The notes under the pieces are model-generated. The model searched no databases. It saw only the letters and a list, made by a program, of their open reading frames with translations, and had not been told where the DNA came from. A stretch of DNA of 64,000 nucleotides from Takakia lepidozioides (taxonomy: Eukaryota > Plantae > Bryophyta), in contig CM060732.1 in assembly GCA_030704615.1 (NCBI GenBank), forward strand, positions 69,068,001 to 69,132,000, in the 5' to 3' direction. The position numbers were made by a program, and so were the translations under genes. This document shows positions 49,501-64,000 of this stretch, one piece after another. The number at the start of each line of letters is the position of its first letter. The first letter of the stretch is position 1.

Positions 49501-50967
49501 GGTAGAGTGCAAAATCCTTACCGTGTCTTGAACAGTCCTCCCAGACAAACCCCTAACTGAATTAGATATGTTAGTGTGTGAATTTGAAAGACTTGCACAA
49601 ATCCTGGAGATCTCTTACGGGAACTGACGCAGGTTTGCACACGGTAATGACGTCTAGTCCTTCTTGGAGAACTGTCACAGACTCCCCCATCACCGGTGGT
49701 TCATGCCTGCCCAACCACCCAAAATCGTCACTCAAGCCTTCTCATCTCTGATCAAAGTACTAATAACATTAGCAAATCTTCTGTACTTGTTCACTACAAA
49801 AACAACATTCCCATGGACCATATTCAACATCATGAATAAGGCCCAACCATGTTAAATCTTCCTCCCTGCTTTCCCTCATCCTTCCACTTCTCTCATAGAA
49901 TAGTTTGGAAATGTGTGGATGGCCAAAGTGGCCCCACCTGTGCACAAAATGACTTAATGTTTGGGAACAGCTGATGATGTACGAAGGATCCACCCTCTTG
50001 GTGTCGACCCGTATGCGCCCACACTCTACTGCTTGCACCTGGATATATCCCCACCGTTCAACTACCTTTCAAATGCAGTTACTCTCATTCATCTGCCACA
50101 AATGTAGTACGCTTCCAGTGGGTAAGTAATCGACATCGCTGACTGCAGCTTCAGCATTTTGGAGGAACAGCCCAAATAAACAAGGCACTGCAATACAAGA
50201 GAACCAAGTGGAGGTTCAGCAAACCACACATAGTACTCACGAGGTCGTTGCCTAAATTCTTGTGTAAACAGGTCCACGATTGTCTTGCCAGCCCATCTCT
50301 TCTTCACCTGCACCGGCAGCAATTTTTCCAGATGAGAATTAGCATCCATCATCTTCCCTACAACACAAATTCCCTTGCAGCAGTCTCACCGAGGCCTCAA
50401 ACTCCAGAATGAGCATCATGAAAGGGTGGCGAACGCACATGTGCCACAAACTCAAAGAAGTAAGGCCGCACCATCCGCTTTCCTGTGCCCATCATTTTAA
50501 CCCAATTCAATGACTAACTGCTCACCATCTTTTCTTCCAAGAATAACCAAAAGTCCAACGCAAGATGAGTGACATCAAGGTCCAAAAAGAGCGCCCTTAA
50601 AAGCTCAGGATAGCCCTACATTCCTTCTCAAGCAACAATTCTCCTCTGACGGTCGATAATTGCACACATATACAGAATGTAAATGCAACTAAAGTTGCAA
50701 AACTCTGGAACAGCATACATTCCACTGCTACAGAGAATGGCGCACCCTGTTTTGATCATCCAGACATCAATGAGAAAACAAGCACAAGCTGAGGGCCTGT
50801 AACCCAGCGAGTGCCCAACAAGTCAATGGCTCAAAACAAGCAGCAAAGAGCTCACCTTCCACAAATATAAAGTCCGTGGCCTGTACTGGTGTGTCGGCAT
50901 CTTCCCAAATAATTTCTGCATCCGCGTTCACCTGCTCTGCCAAATCTGAGGCTTGCATCACAGCCAT
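46527..50967 (-). CDS. RluA-family RNA pseudouridine synthase (RPUSD2/plant PUS7-like), about 12 exons
   Basis: Exon peptides [47 protein letters not shown], catalytic [44 protein letters not shown] at 50967, TAG at 46527-46529. Confidence 0.92.
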
Positions 50968-53094
50968 AGCGCGGCCCTCCAGTTGTTCACAAGATGCAAG
51001 CAACTTCGTAATCCCTCAACTCAAAAACAGAGAGCTAATTAGGTCTTCGATATCCCTGGAAGCATGAACGTATAATACCTACTCGCTCTACGTATACCTC
51101 TAAGACAAAATACAAATTAGGATACGACACAATATACATATAACAATGCTATAAATACATTCTAATACAAAAAATTGCCCTTAGAAAAAAACGCTGCCCT
51201 GAAAGTTTAAAACTAAAATTGCCAATTACAAAAAAAATCCCAAGTACTTTTGTGAGATGAGATTCTCAGTAGGAAAAACATGGCCGGGCCCATGACACTC
51301 ACAACTTTGAATTTGGACTGTTGGATCTATTCAATTAACTATCGTTTGAATGTGCACCCCCGAGTCATTTGGAACTTGAAACAAACGGCTAGTAGCGGAG
51401 TTGTCGTCGTTAGTTGAATGCAGTCGCGGCCTATCAGCTACTGTAGCGATGGCGAATGAGAAAACATAGCATACTTGTGTGACCCAGCTGGGATCGACAA
51501 GGGTTGAAAGCCGTGGAAAGAATAGTATCTCCAATGAGAGGATTGAACAAATAGAATTCCAGTTTGATAAAACATGAATCAAGTTCAGAGCAGATCCTCT
51601 TTTGCCTGATCAGCTCATTTCGTTTTGCAGACATTTGGAATGGGCGGAAGAATTAAGGATGTGAAGAGAGAGAGTTCGGGTGATACCTCGTGTGGCTAGT
51701 GATCACCACCCTCACTGCAGGCTGGAGAAAAATTCGTGAATGCTAATTGAACACGGCCTTGATCTGCCTAGATGAAGGTGAAGGATGTGCTTTGCAACTG
51801 ATTGATTCTCTCAAGAACATACTGGTGGTCCAAATATTCCGTGTTGTGGATCCAGCACCCTGATGCCACTGAATCCTCACTGAAGAGCTTTGGGCAGAGC
51901 TCTGCCTCCGAAAACAGCCGACCGCTCAAAATGTGAGTCCAATTAGCTTGCACAATATTAGACTCTTGATCTTGACGGAAAGCTCTAGAGTCTAATCATA
52001 GTCAAATATATATCCAGTGCAACCCAATCTCGTAAGTAATAAGTATAGCTACATCTAAAGTTTAACATCTTACTGATGATAATTAAATGATCCCTATTGG
52101 ACTTGTGGTGTGCATCTTCCATGGACTTTGCAGTACTTACTTGCAGGATCTGAAGCAGTGGTCTAGGGTAGCTTGCAATTGCTCAAAACTTTTCACAATT
52201 GCCCTGAGACTCGTTGCTACACCCTAAGGTTGAGGATCTAGTTCTGATTCAACTTACTCTACTGCTAATTCAAGCAGTAGCAGATTTAGGCATGTCAAAT
52301 ATGTTTGGAACCTTGTCTAATAACAAAACATATAGGGTGTCTAATATTAAGAAAGTAAAATCACCTTAAGAACAAATACAGGTACAGTAATATTCTGCTA
52401 CATATTTTAACTCATTATCCATTTTGTTTTCTGAGAACATCAATAGTAATAATGTAAAGAACTTAAAATGTACACGCGCGATCTCAGCACGCTTCGCTGG
52501 TTTTCCGAATGTCAATCTTCCCTAACCCCTCTTTAGAGTGACACAACTTGGGGTGACATGCAATGGACAAGGGTGGACATATATATGTGATGCCAACCCA
52601 AGTTAGAAAAAATAAGAGTCTCTTCAATCCCCTTGCGCATGGGTACAGGATGTGACATGCGACCCAAGTTGGCAAGTCGGAACCTATCCACAATCTTCAC
52701 TAAATCTATTAAAAGGGAAATAAAAGAGAGGGAAATGATAAAAATAGAAAAAGCAAGCCAAATGGAGCACAAAGATCTTTTATGCGCTTATCCAGGGCTT
52801 ATCCTCACCTCAACAAAATATATATATATATCTCGGTTGTACACACTTGATGTAAACTGCATGTGCTGATCCGTTTGAGACTCGGGCTGCTCGTTTGTTT
52901 GTGCATGCATTCTAGAGAGCAGTTGGAAGGAGGGACTGTAAGTCAGATATTTGTGAGGTTCTGCAGAGATACTCGTGTGCGAGAGAGGGGATTGCTTCGA
53001 GAGGAGAATCCCACTGAGGAGCTGGGCTCCTAATTCATCTGCGTGCTTCATCGGCCAGAGCGAGAGAAACGCTTGAAGGGGAGAGTGATTAACG

Positions 53095-54102
53095 ATGGCA
53101 GCAGCGGGCGGGATGGACAGCCAAGGAAAGATGGTGGTGTGCTTCGGAGAGCTCTTGGTGGATTTTGTTCCCACAGTGGCTGGGTTCGCACTTGCTGATG
53201 CTCCTGCATTCAAGAAAGCGCCTGGAGGGGCGCCTGCCAACGTTTCTGTGGGGGTGTGCAAGCTTGGGGGCAGTGCATCCTTCATAGGGAAGGTGGGGGA
53301 TGACGAATTCGGTCACATGCTGGTCAACGTCCTGAAGACTAACAAGGTGGATGTTCAGGGCGTTCGATTTGATCCTGCGGCTCGCACAGCCTTGGCGTTT
53401 GTAACACTGCGCACTGATGGGGAGCGTGAATTCATGTTCTACCGAAATCCGAGCGCAGACATGCTGATGGTGCCCACTGAGCTCGATGCGGATCTCATTC
53501 ATCAGGCCAAGGTCTTTCACTATGGATCGATCAGCCTGATTGCGGAACCTACGCGGTCCACACATCTGGAAGCCATTAGGCTTGCCAAGGAAGCGGGCGC
53601 GTGGTTGTCATATGATCCCAATCTGCGTTTGCCTCTGTGGCCATCACCAGATGCTGCACGCCAGGGCATTCAGAGTATCTGGGAGGAGGCGGACATCATC
53701 AAAGTGAGCGATGAAGAGGTCGAATTTCTCACAGGAGGGGATCCCAACAGTGATGACGTTTGCTTGAGTCTCTGGCACTCGAACTTGAAATTGTTGTTGG
53801 TGACCTATGGTGCCCAAGGCTGCCGGTATTACACCTCGACTTTCAAAGGGAGAGTGAGGAGCCTGAAGGTGGACACTGTGGACACTACTGGAGCAGGAGA
53901 TGCGTTTGTTGCGGGGCTTCTGAGCAAGCTCGTTGAGGACGAGACACTACTTTACGACGAAGCTGGGTTGCGGGAGGCCTTGAAGTTTGCGAATACGTGT
54001 GGAGCAATCACCACAACAGAAAGAGGAGCAATCCCTGCCCTCCCTTATGCAGAGACTGTTATCAGCCTTATCAGCAAAGTTCCAGCAAGTGATTGGAACT
54101 AG
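53095..54102 (+). CDS. FRK: Fructokinase (pfkB family), intronless CDS
   Basis: 335 aa with [40 protein letters not shown] and DTTGAGDAF motifs; no transit peptide. Confidence 0.95.
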   Translation: MAAAGGMDSQGKMVVCFGELLVDFVPTVAGFALADAPAFKKAPGGAPANVSVGVCKLGGSASFIGKVGDDEFGHMLVNVLKTNKVDVQGVRFDPAARTALAFVTLRTDGEREFMFYRNPSADMLMVPTELDADLIHQAKVFHYGSISLIAEPTRSTHLEAIRLAKEAGAWLSYDPNLRLPLWPSPDAARQGIQSIWEEADIIKVSDEEVEFLTGGDPNSDDVCLSLWHSNLKLLLVTYGAQGCRYYTSTFKGRVRSLKVDTVDTTGAGDAFVAGLLSKLVEDETLLYDEAGLREALKFANTCGAITTTERGAIPALPYAETVISLISKVPASDWN

Positions 54103-54806
54103 AAAGCTCGTTTGTACATAATTAGAGCAGATCATGGAACTTAGATGACCTACATTTGTACTGCCCTTCTGCCACAAGTGTACATACACCCATTGATGTT
54201 CATCTCTTGCTGAGATTCTTAACTCTTAACTCTTGTCTCAATAATGTTTTGGTCAAAGAAATCTTTAAGTAGCTGTCTCCAGGATCTGAGATGATTCCAT
54301 CATTTATAAGTTCTTTTCCCGGGGTTTTCTTTTCCCCAGGGGAAATCCAACCAGTAACCTAATAATCACTCTCTTCTAGGAGTCTTCTAGTGGACCAGAT
54401 CTTCCTTGGCAAAATGGACACCACAATTTTGTACAGCTTAGACCACCTATGACTTTTGCTTTAAAACTCCCATATATGTGCTCATAGATCATAAACCCCA
54501 CTCCTAGACTCCACTAATATGTGCATACATATTGGTCAGTGGACGGCCATTTCCGAAGGCAGCAAGAAAAATCAGTAGCCAATAGATCTGTCGTGTACAT
54601 CTATCTAGAAACATTCGAGTTAAATTGGAAGATACTCTCTTGAAATATATGTGCATGTGGACAATTTAGAGGATAATCTTAGGGTGAGTATTTCAGGATT
54701 GCAGATAGTTTGCACCGCATACTTGTGCAACCGTAAGCTCAATGCACACACGGTTGAGGTCAATGCAGATTGTACGTGGAGGTTGTTACATTTTCTTTGG
54801 CAGGAG

Positions 54807-55399
54807 GAGCCAGAGCAGCCCAAAAGCAACTACTGCTCAAGAGATTGCAGAAAAGCTGCCGAGAGAGAGAGAGAGAGGAGAGGAGCCAGACGGATGGCGG
54901 AGGCTAGCGCCTGCAAGAGAGATGTGGGAGAGAAAGGGAGGAGAGGCATGTATATATATAGTGTGCTGTGAGGAAGGAGCCTCGGTGGTAGAGATCGTGT
55001 GTGTAACATGATCTCTGGGAAATAGTGTGCTGTAATGGAAGGAGCCTCGGTGTGAGAGGAGCCTCGGTGGTAGAGATCGTCTGTATGAAAATATATTTGT
55101 GCTGTAATATTGAATATGATTGATCAATTTCGTAAGTTGAACTATTTTGTTGGGTTGATTCCAGATTATCCAGTTATCAACTTGAATATGCCATCCAATA
55201 TTCTAGATCATTGAGCCAGTCTTCTACCTATTATGTCCAAAATAGTGTCCAGGATCCTCCTTAAAACTAGAGGTGTGAACAATCTTATTTCAGGTGATGA
55301 ATCAAAGTAGAAACATTTGGGTTTAGTGTATCATGGAGCCTCGCAGGTTATATGAGCCACATGGGCTCTTGGTTGTGGTCTGAATACATTTCTCATATC
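54807..55399. repeat. Diverged copy of the SPH upstream region (28270-29043) without an SPH CDS
   Basis: Collinear similarity, with fewer minisatellite units. Confidence 0.85.
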
Positions 55400-57615
55400 T
55401 TTGCAGATTGGGTCTGGTCCCATGATGTGCAAGACATCAGGTCTTTGTCATGAACTCGTCGAAGGATAAGGCTTTGTTTGAGCCTCCTGAAATGGTCATG
55501 GTCATCTTTGTTCTATCCTGTCCCATGGGCCCTTGTGGTTCCTTGTGGTTCTTTGTGGTCCCCAGTTCAAATGTTATAAAATTAATTTCTTCTTTTTCTC
55601 ATTTTCTTTCATGGCCCCAAGGCTGTCAGGCTGTCTCATGAAGTTTCTTTCTGGCGGTTCTGGGTGGGCTCCCACAATCTACGAATAGAGACTGGTAGAT
55701 GGGTAATCCTGAAACGGGAGGACCGCCTATGCCCAGCTTGCACCGGGCGCAACCAGGAAATTGAAACTGAAGAACACTTCTTCTTTTATAGCCGGGTTCT
55801 ATAAATTTATGCAGAGATCCGTGGGAGATTCATCTGTCTATTCCGTGAACTCAATCTCTCACTGAAGTCTTCCATTATGAGGATAAAAAATGCTTGGCAG
55901 CTTACCTGCACGAGGCCTTGACCCTTAGACAATCCCTTGAGTAGTAGTTGCTTTGAACTTTCCGCGGACGTTGGAAAGTACCATTTCATTTCGAACGTTT
56001 CTTTCATTTCTTTCAACAGGAAAGATTCTGGCAAATACTTAGATTGGTACAAGTGGCTGGAAATAGCAATGGTCGTAGTGGCCCAAGGTTTGGAGATCTT
56101 CACTCTTTTGCGGTATACTCCTGCTGTCTCAGTTGCCTTCTCATGCTGAGATGCGATCTTGCTACAGCTATATTGACTGGAAAAGAACACAACAATGGGT
56201 GGATCAGGAGTACGGACATGCTTTGTTTTTCAAGCTCCTAAAAGCAGGGGGAAGAAGACCACATGTCAATGTGGTGAAGGCTAGTAATTAACATTGTACT
56301 CTGTTGCAGGGCGCAATGCAGGACATAGGGATGTGAAAACCCAGATGACAATCTGATAGTTAAATGGCTGACTTTGGCATCTCCAAAGTCCCCCCAGAGT
56401 TTGATACTCATGTTTCCACTAAGCCGGCCTGCACTGCAGGGATTTACCTTTCTATATCATGAATTATGTATCTCTAGCTCTTTGCTTTTCAATACATGTG
56501 TAGAAAATGAAAGAACCTTTTCAAGTAAGGCATTGATCAGCAAACCTGAGAAACGTCATAAATAATTAAAGGTTTGCAACCCAGAAAAGGATGCCAAAGG
56601 TTCAGATAGTAGCACGATGGAAACAAGAAGCCCGAGTTATCCAGCAATAACTTGTGATCCAACTACTAGAGACATCTTAGACCTCTAGCACACCCAACTT
56701 TTCAGTGGCATAGCCTATGAAAAAGATTGAGGAAAGCTTTAGGAGAAGTGTATTCAGAATTTGTTTTCAGGAGATTTTCAGCCCATGATGAACAAGTGGA
56801 ACTCAAGGAGATCCTTCCCACATTAGGCTCGGCTGAAGAGGCTGATTCATCCTTGCTTTGAACAAAATTTGGATTAGATTATATGATAAAGTGCTTTCTG
56901 GGTCGATCTAGAAGTAAGTAACCTGTTGGAAGTTAGATGTCAAAGTGTGCTCTTGTCTCTCTTGTTGTCTATGAAGGTCTAGAATATGTGGGAAGATCCC
57001 TTGAACTCCCCTTGAACCGAAATTATCACCTCCTTAAGGAATCTGCACCTGCAATTTCCCAGGTGATTAGGGATCCCTTAATTAATAAGTTGGAGCTTGT
57101 AATTACAGAGAGCCATTGACCACAATCGAGAGGAAATTAATTTGGAGTGGGTATGCATCTTACTTGCTTCCTTTCTTCAAACCTGCAGCTCTTTGAACAA
57201 TAAACTAAGGTAGTCAACTCATTTTCAAGCATGGCTGTGCAGATGGACCTCAAGTCCAATCGAGCAATGAACCAAACGTATCATCGTATTAGTGTTCTAA
57301 AGGAACTGAACATGATATAGCAGAGGCGCTGGCGCTTTGAACAGTGCACATCTGGAATCTTTTCTGCACGGCCCACAATGAATTTAGGACAGCACCATAC
57401 ACTCTCCATGCAATGCCTGTATCCAAAAACTTTTAATGCTCAAGAAATGTTTGTAGAGTAAATATAAATATAAATGTATAAATGTATAAATGTGAACCTT
57501 TATACTTTTAATTTGATTGAAAGGGCCTCTGTCCCCTTTCTCTAAAATATATATATATGTATGTATGATATATAATAAATAATGTAAATTAGTATTTTTA
57601 GTATTTTTCTGTAGT

Positions 57616-57644
57616 AAACCCTATGCTTGAGAAAGTTAGGGTTT
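57616..57644. promoter_or_regulatory. Telo-boxes upstream of RPS5 copy B
   Basis: AAACCCTA at 57616-57623 and TTAGGGTTT at 57636-57644, a motif typical of plant ribosomal protein promoters. Confidence 0.6.
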
Positions 57645-57736
57645 GGGGCGGAGGGTGAAGGAGACGGAGGAAGAAGAGCAGACGTCTCTTGCAACGCGCA
57701 CTCCATCGCTGTGGTGCTGCGCCGCAGAGTGGAGTC

Positions 57737-59530
<1,794 letters not shown>

Positions 59531-59721
59531 GGTAGAATTCGACGGCATTTCACAGAGGATTTTTCGTAGCGTGTGCTCAGCAGGGTCTTTCACTCCCTAT
59601 ATGGCCCAGTGAGCTCTCCTGAGGCATCCAGTCAAATATAAGTAGATGAGTTTGTATACATGTTTTTTGAGCCCTCCAACTTTGAGGTTGTGGGTGTGTC
59701 ACTTCTCCAAGTAATATTTGG

Positions 59722-60017
59722 GAGGGTTTACATTGTTAGCATGTACCTCTCCTCCTTCCCCTAGTGCAGTGTAAGCCATTGGGGCATGAACTTAGCCTAA
59801 ACTGGTTCAATGTGGATGTGCATCACTGACTACAGTCCAATGCTGGAATTTAGTCCTACTATTGAGGGTTTACATTGTTATCCTGTACCTCTCCTTCCTT
59901 CCCCTAATGCAGTGTAACCCATTGGGGCATGAACTTAGCCTAAACTGGTTCAATGTGGGTGTGCATCATTGACTACAGTCCGCATACATGAATGCTGGAA
60001 TTTGGTCCTACTATTGA
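59722..60017. repeat. Tandem duplication (142-bp period) 3' of RPS5 copy B
   Basis: GAGGGTTTACATTGTTA...CCTACTATTGA starts at 59722 and 59864; the related sequence next to copy A is single-copy. Confidence 0.88.
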
Positions 60018-60559
60018 AGGTAATTAGACAAAAAATTAGGTACACTTACAACTATTTGTGGATATGATTGCTTTTTTTGTTTTCTTTTGTGACTGAGCAT
60101 CTCTTTCCTTCATGAAGTGGTATCATTCTACTATTTTAATTAGTTTGCATTGTTGTAGCAATGTGTTCATATGTAGGAACTGGAAATAGTGGGAGGCCTT
60201 TGGATTTGGTCCATTTGGGCAAAAAAGAAACCCGATTTGTGGAGCCAAAGTGTTGTTGCCATCCTAGCGACATTACCCTATTCACAGCTCACATGAACTA
60301 GAAATACTAAATATGTATTTGTAGAAGAAGGTATAGGGTGCTTGGAGAGTATGACAAAAGGAGTTCCACTTGTGCTCACCCGAGCACACAAATGCAAGTT
60401 GCCCCAACTAAGAGTTCATTCATGTGTGGCTCATTCCTACATTTGTAACCATCATTATTGTTATGATTATTGGGAAGTTGTAATGAGATTCTTCCGATTA
60501 GATAGTAGGGGGATGTGTTGCAAAGCAAGTGTGCATATGATGGTGCATTTGAACTGGTG

Positions 60560-61250
60560 GTTATGGAATCGGTCTAAAGGCCTCATGAGTTTGACAGAAG
60601 TTGGGGTGAGTCCCTTTAACAGTGGTATTTGCACCAAAACTGGGCCATAAGCAGTCTGAGGATAGCAATGGCGGATGATCTGACAATGAAGAAATTTGTA
60701 ATATCAATGGTGCAGTTGGCAAGCTGCTTTGTAGGATAATAAGCACCTGTCTTGAGGTTGATTTGGAGTCTAGAAGGGCTTTCCATGAAGGTCAGGTTGG
60801 GGTGTACGGAGATGTGTTTGACTATATCCTTTACCTTAAAAGCCAGACCATCCTGGGAAGGAAAAAGAGAAGAAAAACCACCTTTGTCTACAGATGTGGA
60901 GGCTGGTTCTCAAGCTGGATGTGAACACTAAAAGTTGTGTTATCTTCAAAAGGCAGAAATCAAATTTTTTTTTAACTTGACCAAGGTGTAGCTCAAGGTT
61001 GCACCCTCACCCACTACTACCCATTGTATGTTGAGCTCTCATGTCTGTGGATGACTTGGGTGGGCCTAGGGGATACCCTAATCAATCTTCCAGAGTTGCT
61101 TGATTCTGAGAAGAGTGCATTGACCTGTGGAATCTAGAAGCTGACATTAGCAAATGGCTGGTGGTGGCCATCAATGATCCTGGGATCTCAAATGGACATG
61201 GGGCCTCGGAGAGATTGCTAATGTAATTGGGATGTGCATATACACTCTAA
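60560..61250 (+). mobile_element. Highly degenerate LINE reverse transcriptase remnant
   Basis: Relic motifs in the expected order: LEVDLESRRAF (LKLDFEKAFD-like) at about 60750 and QGVAQGCTL (GVRQGCPLSP-like) at about 60982; many stops. Confidence 0.4.
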
Positions 61251-62524
61251 ATGCAAAGGTTTTTGTGTCCCTCAATTTTTCTACTGCAGAGGGATTAGGA
61301 TTGAAGTTCTGAAGGACCATGCCTTTGAAAAGCTGGGACCAAGTAACAGGCCTACTTGGAGTTATACTTATACTGTGTGGGATGGCAACTCCAAACATGC
61401 TAAACCTTAGAACGTAATCAGCTTTCAGTATTCGTGATACATGATTTCATTATTAATACATTGGAGTCCGAAGGACTGTCCAAGCTTCACACTATAGTAG
61501 AATTGCTATGGGGTGGAGACATCTGACTGTGCATTGGGAATGTACTCCAAAATTTCAAACAGTTCAATTACAAGTCATAGTCCTCCCACGAGGTCAAAGC
61601 AAAGACCAGCCATTGGTTATCATTCACAAATGTCTCCTGATGAGAATTCTTTTCAAAGACAAGATGAAATGGTGATAGCAGATCAAACAAAGATCAGCAT
61701 AGGTGCTGCTGATATCTACAAAGTATTTACTCACCAACATGATACAAACCCAAACTGTTGTTACGACTGAGCGGTCCGACACATGTGCAGCCCCCGGACC
61801 ACCTCATACCTCCACAGCCTTCCCAAAATAACCAAGGATGTTGGCATTAGACTGAGACACCCAAGCTAAAATGGCAGGGAAAACAGCGACCAATGAGATC
61901 TATATGTCCTTTCCCCATCCACCACCCTGGCAGAGTAGGAGAATCCCTTAGTTCGGTCCAAGGAAGAATCTGCTCCTCAGCTGCAAACTTAATTACGCTC
62001 CAAAATGAGAATGCTTCATCAGTGCCTCTCCCCAACAGCGGGAGGCGTCCAGAGCACTAGACGAGGGGGCTATCCCTTCGACTGAGGGGCTATTGCACCG
62101 GAGCTGTGCGCCACACTTCCTCTTCCAGATTATAAGCCAGGAGCATTCTCTTATCCAAACCAGTTTGAAAAAAGAAATGACGAGAAGCCCTGTAAAATTA
62201 ATAGGCCGACAAAATAACAGCCACTTAAGGCCACAAGTGCTTAACACCAGTGGCAGTAGATGAGCAGTAGCCGAGCTTCAACTAGGAACTCAGTAGCTGA
62301 GCAACAGCAAATTCTATACTAAGAACACAAAAATCTAAGAGAAATGAAGAAGAGGAGAGGTGGGGGGGAGGCAAGAACATAGTGCCTTGCTACATTAGAC
62401 CTAAAAAGAGAAGGGAATCTTTTCATACCAACCGACTACTCAGGTCCTACCTAAGCCAGCAAATAAATAGCCAAGACTAAGAAGATGTCAAACGCGGTCC
62501 GGGCTAGGAATGTGATGATTGATG

Positions 62525-62630
62525 GGTCAGGCGGGATCTTGTTTACGACAGTAATGTTCACATTAGTGCTTGGGGGCTGAACATCACCGTGCACATGGTT
62601 GACGATGGCTACCAGCATTAGACCCACCAA
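62525..62630 (-). pseudogene. Truncated SPH paralog fragment
   Basis: LVGLMLVAIVNHVHGDVQPPSTNVNITVVNKI aligns with VVGLMLLAMVDHVQGDVPYSNQVTITIVNKI of the 27.5-28 kb gene; similarity stops after NKI. Confidence 0.75.
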
Positions 62631-62995
62631 TGGACAAATCACTCCACTACCAGGCAGTATACATGGACCAGAGCAGTTGAAAGGCTGCTGGCTTTTTGCT
62701 GGGGCTGTACAATGTACATGCAATCCATTATCATTGCATTGTGCAGCAAGTACCGGGACCCAAAGGGAGGCAACGGCTTGATGTGATGGCAGGAGCTTGC
62801 TGGTCTCGTATATGTGTGCAAAGTACCTACTATGGGAATTACACCCCTCCCCCCCTACTGGAGTCAGTTCCCTCGGGCCTCACCTCCCGTTTCACTGAGG
62901 TTTTCCCTCACTTGTTGAGGCGCACTCACCCAAACCGTAGCTCGCCAAGACCTCAGAGTAAAACAGCAGCAGCTTATCCGCGAGAGCCGCCGTCC

Positions 62996-63240
62996 TCTCC
63001 AACCTCCTCAATCGAGCTTTCTCCAATTGAATCAATTGAATCTTTATATTCATCTCTGAGACCTCAGCAGCAGGGTCCTCAACCATCCTCTGCTCCAACC
63101 TCAATTGAGACTTCTCCAATTGAATCAATCGAATCTTCATCTCAGAGACCTGAGCAGCACTCTATTTCTCCTTCTTCAATTGAATGTATTGAATCTTCAT
63201 CTCTGAGAGATCAGCAGAAATGTCCTCAACCCTCTTGTCC
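62996..63240. repeat. Degenerate tandem repeat (3 units)
   Basis: Recurring CAATTGAAT...GAATCTT...CATCTC.GAGA..T.AGCAG blocks, translating as SPIESIES-like repeats in ORF 62696-63271. Confidence 0.7.
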
Positions 63241-64000
63241 ACAGACTCGGATGGTACATCCTCGGAGCTGAACACCCTAGATGGCACCAATCTTCGCAAA
63301 CCCAAAGCATGAAAGCGCACTGAAATCTCGCGCATGGCCACCATCATCCTACAGTTGCTTACAAGTGTCAAATGGAAAGCAGAAGTGGTGATTGAACACA
63401 GACCCCTACTCTCACTCAAATTGCCGGCTGAACTGGGCTAAGTTCCTTGTCAAAGGTGAGGTGGTCTTATTGGGTGACTCCAATGCCCGGGGGCAAAGGT
63501 CTTCAATAGGATGATACCATTGGGCCTTTTGGTGAGGATGAGCTGAATTTCTAATGGCAGACGGTTAAATGAACTGTCCCAAAGAACTTCAGCTTTCGAC
63601 CTTGAATAATAGGTCAAAAGGAGACCTAGAGCAATGGACCGGTGAAAAAGCCCAAACTGAGGAAAGATAGTAGGATGCCAGACCACTTCTAGACTTAACC
63701 CTTAAGTTCCCAAGCCCTTTTTTGACTTTTTACCAATTTTGGGTACCCAGCTGCAGTAAATTGCCCCTAGAAACCTACCGAAAATCATCCAGAGATTCCA
63801 GCCTTATAGCAATGGGCCCAGCTCATTCATGCATGACATACCAAAAAAGGAGCCAAGTCCACCCTGGAAATTGTGAGATTATAGCGTTGGCTCAAATATC
63901 AGGTCCCAAAGAAAAAGTGAGAAAGAAATTGGTTTGACCAAATCAAAACCTAGCTTTATCCAATTTTGCTTGCCCCAAGACCCACCATTTCCAAATCAAT

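Noticed and set aside
55450-57400. Possible LINE ORF1/endonuclease relic (also 63400-64000)
   Set aside because: Too degenerate to support with specific motifs.

Overview
Eukaryotic nuclear DNA from a land plant, most likely a seedless one (bryophyte, lycophyte or fern; inferred from a PLS-DYW PPR gene, a radial-spoke RSP9-like remnant and a Tcn1/Tf1-like retroelement). The left third is a transposon nest: two MITEs, a pogo-like remnant, a truncated self-priming Tf1/Tcn1-type Ty3/gypsy element and a Tc1/mariner-type element. It also holds the most unusual feature, a second Ty3/gypsy element (7605-15667) whose polyprotein reads Gag-protease-C5 DNA methyltransferase (DNMT3-like, catalytic motifs intact)-RT-RNase H-integrase-PHD finger. 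Host genes are a FANCB-like gene (cut by the window edge), an S-protein homolog (SPH), a DYW-type PPR editing factor with two N-terminal OSB-type PDF ssDNA-binding motifs on spliced exons, two near-identical inverted RPS5 copies, an RluA-family pseudouridine synthase and an intronless fructokinase. The window also has two 43-46 bp stem hairpins downstream of a 5x telo-box/site II array, several local duplications and an unidentified multi-exon gene in an AT-rich island. All family calls come from motif recognition by eye; no database searches were run.
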